Positions 1-7,718 of a stretch of 27,883 nt of DNA are shown piece after piece. This DNA is from Verrucomicrobiales bacterium (GTDB taxonomy: Bacteria; Verrucomicrobiota; Verrucomicrobiia; Verrucomicrobiales; Akkermansiaceae): the NCBI GenBank assembly GCA_003483645.1, contig DMYM01000431.1:1-27883 (forward strand). Reading direction: 5' to 3'. Under the pieces are notes generated by a model. The model worked only from the letters and a program-made list of their open reading frames with translations, searched no databases and was not told the origin of the DNA. The stretch's first letter is position 1; every line of letters begins with the position of its first letter. Made by a program: the position numbers and the translations under genes.

Positions 1-1
1 C

Positions 2-310
2 CTCAACTCTCCCAGCCTGCCCTTCGTTATCGCGGGAAGTGGATTTGGCGGATGGGAACAGAAGATCGACCGCCGTCTCATGATCATGAAGGCACAGGAA
101 GCCATCGCCAAACACGACGAATTCAAGGGTGACACCCGCTATGTGGAAACGCGGAGCTTCTTCCGCGATGGGCCCGTCTCTCCCCGCCCCATCCGCTACC
201 ACTGGTGTTGCAATGCCGAGAGCTACTGGTTGATCGGGGAGGGTATGGGCCGGGCCATGGTGGAACTGCTGGGCGGGCCCAAGGCTCCCCCTAATGCTGC
301 AGGGCCCTGA
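2..310 (+). CDS. C-terminal part of a sialate O-acetylesterase-like (SASA/SGNH-type) protein, 5'-truncated by the window
   Basis: The frame is open from base 2 (LNSPSLPFVIAGSGFGG...) to TGA at 308-310. The ending RYHWCCNAESYWLIGEGMGRAM matches the YHW-x-x-NAE-x-Y-x-LIG-x-x-MG-x-AM ending typical of SASA-domain esterases. The ATG at 80 is internal. Confidence 0.65.
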   Translation, partial: LNSPSLPFVIAGSGFGGWEQKIDRRLMIMKAQEAIAKHDEFKGDTRYVETRSFFRDGPVSPRPIRYHWCCNAESYWLIGEGMGRAMVELLGGPKAPPNAAGP

Positions 311-392
311 TCCGCGCGGACACGGACATCAATCGGGTCAAGACATCTTCTCCGCGGCTTGCCTCCCGCCGTTCCTCTGCTTGGATGGCCGG

Positions 393-1172
393 GTGCTGAT
401 CACCCTGACCACCGACTTCGGGACCAGCGACTGGTTTACAGGCTCCATGAAGGGTGTGATCTCAGGGATTGCCCCGGCCACCCGCATTATTGACATCACG
501 CACCAGATCCCCCCTGGTGACCTGGTTGACGGAGCCTTCACCCTGGCTGCCTCCTCGCCCTACTTCCCTGCCGGCACGATCCACGTCGCAGTGGTCGACC
601 CGGGAGTGGGGAGTGCCCGCCGGGCCATCACCCTGCGCACCCGGCGCGCCATTTTCATCGGCCCCGATAACGGTGTGCTCTCCTGGGCCGTACGGGAACA
701 GCAGATCGAGGAAGTGCGGATCCTCAACAATGAGGACTGGTTCCTTGAACCGGTAAGTCACACCTTCCACGGGCGCGACATCTTCGCCCCTGCTGCTGCC
801 CGGCTAGCAACCGGTGCCCGCTTCGATGAGGCAGGAGATACGATTGAGGATTACGTGCGTCTCCCCTGGCCCGAAGTGGTGGAAGGGGACAACGAGGTGC
901 GGGGCGAAATTGTCCACATCGATCGCTTCGGCAATGCCATTTCCAATCTGCCCGCCTCCGTCTTCCCCCGGGAATTGCTGGATAGCGGTGGCATCACCAC
1001 AATGTGCGGCGGACGCCCCGCTCCGCTCCGTCATTGCTATACGGACGTCCACCTCGGCAAGACTCTTGCCATCCTGGGATCAAGCGATCTGCTTGAACTC
1101 GCCATCAATGGCGATGACTTCGCCGAACAGAATGGCATCGAAGTAGGATCGCCAGTGCGTGCCAAATGGTAG
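393..1172 (+). CDS. SAM hydroxide adenosyltransferase (DUF62; SAM-dependent chlorinase/fluorinase superfamily)
   Basis: Motifs ITLTTDFG, IIDITH, VAVVDPGVGSARR, GPDNG, TFHGRDIFAP and HIDRFGNAISN are present, with the Asp-Arg-His triad intact. I chose the GTG at 393 as start because family homology begins there; TTG at 381 is an alternative, and the ATG at 294 overlaps the upstream gene. Confidence 0.92.
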   Translation: MLITLTTDFGTSDWFTGSMKGVISGIAPATRIIDITHQIPPGDLVDGAFTLAASSPYFPAGTIHVAVVDPGVGSARRAITLRTRRAIFIGPDNGVLSWAVREQQIEEVRILNNEDWFLEPVSHTFHGRDIFAPAAARLATGARFDEAGDTIEDYVRLPWPEVVEGDNEVRGEIVHIDRFGNAISNLPASVFPRELLDSGGITTMCGGRPAPLRHCYTDVHLGKTLAILGSSDLLELAINGDDFAEQNGIEVGSPVRAKW

Positions 1173-1196
1173 GGGCGGGGGAACCCCACCCGTCCT
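1172..1196. terminator. GC-rich hairpin between convergent genes, possible terminator
   Basis: GGGCGGG(1173-1179) pairs with CCCGTCC(1189-1195) with one G-U pair, continued by GG/CC around an AACC loop. It lies in the 36-nt gap between two converging stop codons. There is no U-tract on either side. Confidence 0.3.
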
Positions 1197-1208
1197 GCCA
1201 TGATCCCG

Positions 1209-4200
1209 CTACTCCACGCGGGCACGGTAGAATCGCCGCTCCTGACCAGCTGCGGCGGGATCAAGTTGCGAAGTGGACGTCCCCGTCGCCAGAATGCCTG
1301 AGGACGCGTCGACCCAGTTCACCATGTCCGAACTCGCTTCCAGGGTGTAACTCTTGCCCGGAACACTGTTCCAGGTGGCCGTCAAGAATCCGGTAACCGG
1401 ATTTCTGCTCAACCTGATGATCCTGAAGATGGACGAAGCATCGAGGGGGTCAGTCCCTGCCTGCACTTCCGCACCGTCCAGAGCCCCGTCAGAGTCGGTG
1501 TCGGGTCTGAGCGGATTCGTTCCTGCCAGGGCCTCATCGGTGTCACTCAATCCATCCCCGTCAGTGTCGAGGAGAACTCCCGCTCCCGGAGTTCCCCCCA
1601 CCACTGCACTGGCTCGCCAGTTGGCCGGGTCGTTATAGTCACCCTCGATATCGATGACTTCGAGGGAAGGTCCCTGTCCGGCCGGCGTGACCGGCCAGGG
1701 TGCCACCGTATCGTAGTTGAAATCATGAATGATGTTGCCTGCGTCGTCGCGCAGAACAATTTTCTCTCCGCTGTTGGACAGAGATCCCCCCGTCCACTCA
1801 CCCATGATGCGGACGGCACCTCCGTATTCCGCCTGGAAGGTGGCAGTATCGGCCACCAGCACGGCATGTTCGTCAGGATCGAGAGTGAGCGCACTGAAGG
1901 TGAAGGCATCGAAGGGATCGCCCCCGTCGAAACTCACCCCGTTGAGATTCAACGGAGTGTTGCCGGTGTTGACCAACTCAACGAACTCCAGATTGATCCC
2001 TCCTGTGGGCTCATACATGAGCTCCGTGACCCGGAGATGGTTTACCGCCGGACTGGATACCGAGGGATCGATCACCATGACATAGTCGAACCTGAAGCGG
2101 GCCGCCCGCGCGGTATCATTGGCTGCAAAAAGGCCACCCCGGCCCATCGTGGAGGCGACCGGCATGACACGCGAGTAAATCGTGGTCCAGACACCAGGCT
2201 CCAGGCGTCGCTCAAAACGCAGATTTCTGCCCTCGCGCCGGATGCGGATCACCGCCGTTCCCCCGGAGTAACTCCGGTTGTAGAGCTGCGTATAGGAGCC
2301 TCCGCTGGAGCGTTTGATCCGCAGGGCGTTGCCATCCTCCATGCCGAAGACATACCGTGATGAGGTCGCGCCTTCCTGAATCTCCAGGATGAGACCGGCT
2401 ATGAAGTCCCCGCGCTGAACCGAATCGAGCGTCATGTCCGTCTGCAGCGTGAAGTCCACACTGTCCGGAACCTCACGCCACATGACGGGGTGGGAGGGAT
2501 TGGATCCGGTGAGGGGCGTGGGCGCGCTGTCTCCCAGCTTCACTACCAGGTTACCCGGCCGGTCATTGAGGGAATACCATGAGTCTCCGCTGTAGTCATG
2601 ACGAACCTCCATATTCTCAAGGGTCCACCAACTCTCCAGCAGGCGGTCGGTGAAGGAGCTCCAGCCGGAATCGGCATAAACAGAGACCTCCCGCATTTCC
2701 GAGTATCCTTCTCCGTTGGCATCGGAGGCGGTTACCGTGATCTCGTAGAGACCCGGGTTCCCGAAGATCACTTCAGAGGTATCGACGGTGGGATTTGTCA
2801 GGATCGCTCCAGCTTCCGGATTCACGCTCCACGAAAAGCTCAGATTGGATCCTTCCGGATCGTAACTGCCGGTGGCATCCAGATCGAGGTCATCGGCCAC
2901 GGACACGTTGAAGGAGTCCGGCCTGGAATCCACCTCCACCACAGGACGGGCATTCCCGGACTTGTTCACGTTGACGGCATCGGTGTGCACCACGTTTCCG
3001 TCGCGATCGAGTCCCTGGACGGTGAGAGTCGTGAGACCCTGCCTGAGCTGGATCCCGTTGATCGTCCAGCTCGTTTCCGAGTTGAAAACCCACTCCGCCT
3101 CCGGATGACCAAGAACCCCCACTGTGAAAACGTTGTAGGGGCTGGTGCCTCTGAGGGAGAGAGTCTGTCCGCTGGTGCTGATTGTCCCGCCTCCGCCCGA
3201 AGTCACGTTGAAGGCCATGTTCAGCGAAGTCGATCCGATCGCACTGCTCCGGGCGTTGTTGACCCGGCTGTTGTTGAAGTTGTTGTAGGTGGAGGCATTT
3301 GCCGAGTAGGAACCGGAAGCCGCCTCCTCCAGGCTCAGCCAGGTGCTCAACCGTCCCGACCCGGCGGTGTACTTGTCGACCATCTCACCGATGTAATAAT
3401 TGAGACGCTGCCGGACATATGGCTTATAGAAAAAGTTGCGCACGCCCGCCAGGTTTCCGATGAACTCTGCCGAGGTGCTGCCGAAGGTGAGATCGGAATC
3501 CCACTGAGCCAGCTGCCACTTGCCATCGGAGTAACGCCGCAGGAAATACCCGTTTTTCCCACGGTTCCGCGTGATATTATCCCAGTCATCGACCCAGCCG
3601 CGGACCGCCGCATTGGCAGCCATCAGATCAATATCCGCCATTCGTTCGATCTCCGCCCGGGAGAAAGTGTCCTGGCCGACCAACTCCACCCAGTTGATGA
3701 ATGAGGAATAATCATACTCGTCCTCCCGGGAACGTTTGATCCACTCCGCATGGTAACGTTCCGGTTCACGGGTTCCCTTGTAACTCCAATCCGCATTCCT
3801 CTGTCCCCGGCTCCAACTGTCCTCAAACCACCACTCGTCGTCGATGCGGTAAAGCTCCCCTTTTTCACCCTGATCCCAGTTGCGCTTGAGAAAATCGTTG
3901 GCGTTCGGTTCCACATCTTCACGCAGGGAGGCACTGCTTCCGTTGACAATCACGCGAACAAACTCGTTCTCGTTATAGGCATGCCCGAGGAGGTATAGCC
4001 AGTAACGGATGATCCGGTTGTGATAACCCCTGCTGCCTCCCGCGTCATTGTCAATCGAGCGCCGGGTGTAACCCCGGAAACGGCGATCCCTCGGTGATTT
4101 CCACTTGGCACGCGCTAGGCTCTCCCCTTCCGATCGCGTCCACGGACTCCCGCTCTTGCGGATCTCCGAGTTGTAGATGATCTCACTCTCATTGCTGATG

Positions 4201-7200
4201 AAGGTCGCATTGAAATACTGGTTCGAGAGACGTGGGAAGGCATAGTTGTTCTTTGACTCTCCCGATGCTCCCCCGCCGAGATAGTCGATATCACGGGCCG
4301 AGATAACAAACCTCTGCGTGCGCAGGTCACTTGCGATATTGCTGTTATCTACCACGTAGAGGGCTGGTGCCTCGGGCGCCAGTCGGGGCACATGATTCGT
4401 GCCTGCCGCAGAGGCGGCCTCCACGTAAAACTGCGTAATGGTGTTATCGCTGCGGGAAGGAAGCGTCGTGCTGTAGATTCCGTCACTTGCCACCAGGTCG
4501 CCATTGACACCGCTGTCATTCATGACCTGGGTTCCCCATGAATTGCTCCAGGTAGCGTTGTCCAGCCGATGCCGCAGGTTGACGGAAGTCAGAGGACGCA
4601 CAGACTCCACCCGCGCCGTGATGGTAACTGAATCCGAGGAGGTGGGCACCGCCGGGTTGTGCATGATCTCCGAGAGGGTGGGCAAGGGACTGGCTTCCGT
4701 CCGGGAGTTGGGCGCTCCCGGCGTCCCCAGGTTCCGCGGAATGGGTAACCGGATGATATCCCCGAAGCTGCGGTCCCAGGTATGCACAATCAGGGTGGAT
4801 TTACCATACACCCAGCGGGCCTGGCACTCCCACACCAGGTTGTCATTGTCTGAGATGGAGGTCACATCAATCTCACAGCGATTCGCCTTCACGTCTCCGT
4901 GACCGGTCGAGACGATGCGGAATTCGTTTCCGGACATGTAACTCTGATAATGAGTGCCCTGGCACAGCCAGCCGTTGGAGGCATTTCCGTTGGTAACCAC
5001 TCTTTCTCCGTCATTCGGAAGGAAGTTGGACCCGGCTCCGTTCTCTTTCAGGCTCATGTTGCGCAGAGCGATGTGGGCATCTCCCACCGCATGCACGTGG
5101 AGTTCCTTGTAGTTGGAACTGCCTCCCCGCGAGTTGTTCTGCAGGTACTGGTCGGAAATGGTGTAGGTCTGGAAGGTTGATTTTCCGGACTCATCAGAGT
5201 CGGCCCAGGCGCTCGGCCTTGAGTTGTCCATGTCGGGATTCCGCAACTCGAGACTGCTTCCAAGTCCACCCGCCAGGAAGGGCCATTCACCACCGGTGGC
5301 ATAGTGCACTTCGTCCGCAAGGTTGCCCCACGAGTCAATGAGCCGGACACACTCTCCACTGTTGCTGAGATTATCGGTGAAGGGACCGACGACGCGTGCA
5401 CCCGGATGGGCCTGCCTGGTATACTCCGGGTTGGAGGCAACCACCAGGTATTCCCCCGGAGCAAGGCTCGTGCCACCGGGAAAGGCGTATCTTACTCCCT
5501 CGTCGATTCTCCATCCCTCCAGATTGATTGCAGAGCCAGAGTTGTTGTACAGTTCAATATACTCCCCATCCCGCTGGCTCGAAGGGGGCTCCACCATCAA
5601 CTCGGTCATCACGATGCCCGTTTCCCTGGTGGGATTGTTGGTGGCGTCCTGACTTCCCACCACCGAAGAGTAAAACTCCCCCGATCCATCCGGGTAGGCA
5701 GCCGAGAAATCCCTCCCGGACGCCTGCTTCACAACGGCGGCATCGATCACACGGTTTCCTGCGTCAATGAGCCAGAGCACTTCGTCGCCACCTCCCGTGG
5801 AGAAGGAAACCGGCCAACTCCTGACCCCCTGGGACGAAATCGATCCAGTGAGGGGAACCTTGTCGGTGAAATCACGGCGACTCGAAAGAAAGAGCCCCGA
5901 CATGTTCTGGGTGGCCCTGCTGCCATTATGGAGTTCGATCCAGTCGATATCCCCTCCTGCATCGTAGTGCACTTCATTGATGGCAAGCACGGTCCCGAGT
6001 TCCGAGGCACTTGAGTTGGCCGCATCCCGCGTGGGCGAGGTGAAAAGGAACCAGCTGCCTGATCCTGATGGCTTGCGTCCCAGGGAACGTCCATCGATGG
6101 GCATGGCGGTATCGACCCCGTTCACGATGGTGGACCCGTCACTCTGGGTCAGATAGACCACGGTGGGACTGCCCACCGTGAGGCCGGCCTCGGAGTAGCC
6201 GAGGGAGGCGATGCCGCCCGCCGGCACGTTGAGCGCACCCGGGATCCGGTACTTGGTCAGGTTGCTCACCGAGTCGCTGAGATACCAGCCCCCGATATCC
6301 ATGTCCGTCCCGGTGGGGTTGTAGAACTCCACGAATCCCGTTCCGTTCTGCGGAAGGACCTCGTTGATCACGATGCTCGGTGCGTTCGGGGTGGAAATAT
6401 TCACGCGCGCGCCGAAGACCACGTCCGAACTGGTTGTTCCCGTCTGATGCACCTCAACCGCGAGAACATTGGTGCCCACCACCAGCGGCGGAGCACTACT
6501 GGTAACAACGGCTTCCTCTTCGCTGGCATCACTTATGGTGCGACCGGCGGTCGTGGTATAGCTTGCGCCCTCGCTCACTCCAATGCCGCCCAGCCACTGA
6601 CCGTTGAGCCAGAAGCCCGCCCCATCATCGAGAATGGTGTCGATCGAGATACCCGTGCCCGCCACCGTGCCGTTGAAATCAAAGGTGGTCCGGAAGTAGT
6701 AGGTGATGATGTCGTTTCCCGGAGAGTTGGGGTTTTCGAACGGGGTTGTAATTCCAGGAGAGGGGACCGCTGAAGTCTCGTAGCCGTAGAGTCCCGGACC
6801 GCTGTCCCAACCTGCATCGTTGAAACCCACCTCTTTCCAGGATGTGCCCTGGTTGGATCCGTCATCGAGATACTTCCAGCTGTGGTCGTAATTGATGTAG
6901 GGCGCCCCTACCGAAAGATCGACTTCCGGATTGGAATAGGGTTCCTCGGCGGCGGTCGGTTCGCCTGTTCCAGGAGTTCCCCCGGATGCGGTACTAGGCC
7001 CCCAGAGACGATAGTCATCGATGGCATAGTTGTCGTTCTTCAAAACCAGACTGTGCCCACCACCATCCGCTTCAATGGACCACGGTGCCCGGTCATCGTA
7101 GCGGAGAGTACATACCATCGCACCGTTCTTGTCGCGCAGGTTGATCCGCTCGCCTTCGTTGGCCATGGAACCGGTCCAGGGACCGAAGACCCTTACCGAT

Positions 7201-7511
7201 CCGGGCAGACTGTAGGCCGACCGGAAGGTAGCGGGATCAACCCCGCAGATCACGATGCGTTCCCAGGGTTTGAGAAAATTGCTCTGGTGGTCGCCATCAT
7301 TGTATCCCGGGAAGTCGTATTCGACCGCCCCGCGCATACGCCACTGCGCGATATCAAAGACCGTCGCGGTGAGGTTCTCGACTTCCAGAAACTCGTAGAG
7401 GCCTGCCGGGGGATGATACATCACCTCGCTGATGACAACCTGCTCTGCCTTAATCTGTGAGAACGAACCAACTGCCATCAGGGCAGTGGGAATCAACAGG
7501 TGGATTTTCAT
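1209..7511 (-). CDS. Giant secreted lamin-tail-domain / CotH-like kinase protein, paralog 1 (about 2100 aa)
   Basis: Signal peptide MKIHLLIPTALMAVGSFSQIKA-EQ. Five LTD-like units (VISEVMYHP, VINEVLP, AINEVHY, VMTELMVEP, RVTELMYEP), a galactose-binding-like module (WKYLDDGSNQGTSW...YYFRTTF), a CotH-like core (DDWDN...KNGYF...WQLAQWDSDLTFG), PKD-like and ConA-like modules, DTDGDG repeats and a C-terminal ...FYRARVE. Start reassigned from 7604 to the ATG at 7511. Confidence 0.88.
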   Translation of the reverse strand: MKIHLLIPTALMAVGSFSQIKAEQVVISEVMYHPPAGLYEFLEVENLTATVFDIAQWRMRGAVEYDFPGYNDGDHQSNFLKPWERIVICGVDPATFRSAYSLPGSVRVFGPWTGSMANEGERINLRDKNGAMVCTLRYDDRAPWSIEADGGGHSLVLKNDNYAIDDYRLWGPSTASGGTPGTGEPTAAEEPYSNPEVDLSVGAPYINYDHSWKYLDDGSNQGTSWKEVGFNDAGWDSGPGLYGYETSAVPSPGITTPFENPNSPGNDIITYYFRTTFDFNGTVAGTGISIDTILDDGAGFWLNGQWLGGIGVSEGASYTTTAGRTISDASEEEAVVTSSAPPLVVGTNVLAVEVHQTGTTSSDVVFGARVNISTPNAPSIVINEVLPQNGTGFVEFYNPTGTDMDIGGWYLSDSVSNLTKYRIPGALNVPAGGIASLGYSEAGLTVGSPTVVYLTQSDGSTIVNGVDTAMPIDGRSLGRKPSGSGSWFLFTSPTRDAANSSASELGTVLAINEVHYDAGGDIDWIELHNGSRATQNMSGLFLSSRRDFTDKVPLTGSISSQGVRSWPVSFSTGGGDEVLWLIDAGNRVIDAAVVKQASGRDFSAAYPDGSGEFYSSVVGSQDATNNPTRETGIVMTELMVEPPSSQRDGEYIELYNNSGSAINLEGWRIDEGVRYAFPGGTSLAPGEYLVVASNPEYTRQAHPGARVVGPFTDNLSNSGECVRLIDSWGNLADEVHYATGGEWPFLAGGLGSSLELRNPDMDNSRPSAWADSDESGKSTFQTYTISDQYLQNNSRGGSSNYKELHVHAVGDAHIALRNMSLKENGAGSNFLPNDGERVVTNGNASNGWLCQGTHYQSYMSGNEFRIVSTGHGDVKANRCEIDVTSISDNDNLVWECQARWVYGKSTLIVHTWDRSFGDIIRLPIPRNLGTPGAPNSRTEASPLPTLSEIMHNPAVPTSSDSVTITARVESVRPLTSVNLRHRLDNATWSNSWGTQVMNDSGVNGDLVASDGIYSTTLPSRSDNTITQFYVEAASAAGTNHVPRLAPEAPALYVVDNSNIASDLRTQRFVISARDIDYLGGGASGESKNNYAFPRLSNQYFNATFISNESEIIYNSEIRKSGSPWTRSEGESLARAKWKSPRDRRFRGYTRRSIDNDAGGSRGYHNRIIRYWLYLLGHAYNENEFVRVIVNGSSASLREDVEPNANDFLKRNWDQGEKGELYRIDDEWWFEDSWSRGQRNADWSYKGTREPERYHAEWIKRSREDEYDYSSFINWVELVGQDTFSRAEIERMADIDLMAANAAVRGWVDDWDNITRNRGKNGYFLRRYSDGKWQLAQWDSDLTFGSTSAEFIGNLAGVRNFFYKPYVRQRLNYYIGEMVDKYTAGSGRLSTWLSLEEAASGSYSANASTYNNFNNSRVNNARSSAIGSTSLNMAFNVTSGGGGTISTSGQTLSLRGTSPYNVFTVGVLGHPEAEWVFNSETSWTINGIQLRQGLTTLTVQGLDRDGNVVHTDAVNVNKSGNARPVVEVDSRPDSFNVSVADDLDLDATGSYDPEGSNLSFSWSVNPEAGAILTNPTVDTSEVIFGNPGLYEITVTASDANGEGYSEMREVSVYADSGWSSFTDRLLESWWTLENMEVRHDYSGDSWYSLNDRPGNLVVKLGDSAPTPLTGSNPSHPVMWREVPDSVDFTLQTDMTLDSVQRGDFIAGLILEIQEGATSSRYVFGMEDGNALRIKRSSGGSYTQLYNRSYSGGTAVIRIRREGRNLRFERRLEPGVWTTIYSRVMPVASTMGRGGLFAANDTARAARFRFDYVMVIDPSVSSPAVNHLRVTELMYEPTGGINLEFVELVNTGNTPLNLNGVSFDGGDPFDAFTFSALTLDPDEHAVLVADTATFQAEYGGAVRIMGEWTGGSLSNSGEKIVLRDDAGNIIHDFNYDTVAPWPVTPAGQGPSLEVIDIEGDYNDPANWRASAVVGGTPGAGVLLDTDGDGLSDTDEALAGTNPLRPDTDSDGALDGAEVQAGTDPLDASSIFRIIRLSRNPVTGFLTATWNSVPGKSYTLEASSDMVNWVDASSGILATGTSTSQLDPAAAGQERRFYRARVE

Positions 7512-7718
7512 GTGGAATTCTCTTGAGAGAGGTGCCGTTCTGACACTACACCCCGTTACAATATCGTCACTCTGCACTCGGGCAAAGTTGAATGATCCGG
7601 CCAATTCCTGCTAATCCAGCCGTCTTTACCCCAGAAGAGGCACCCGGGCAGAGCCCCAAGACAACGGCATAACCCTGGCTACAAGCGGCGCCTCCACCGC
7701 TGCCCTGCCTCCCCTGCA

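Noticed and set aside
393-1172. Possible fluorinase or chlorinase (halogenase)
   Set aside because: It has the DUF62 hydrolase Asp-Arg-His triad (VDPGVG, RR, TFHGRD). FlA/SalL halogenases lack this His, and no halometabolite biosynthetic genes are nearby.
7512-7604. Longer N-termini in the ORF track (also 294-392, 13074-13154, 24108-24248, 25215-25232, 27181-27261)
   Set aside because: These extensions precede clear signal peptides or the start of family homology, so downstream starts were used.
7670-7718. Weak hairpin after paralog 2 (AGCGG/CCGCT)
   Set aside because: Only a 5-bp stem with no U-tract, which is unremarkable at this GC content.
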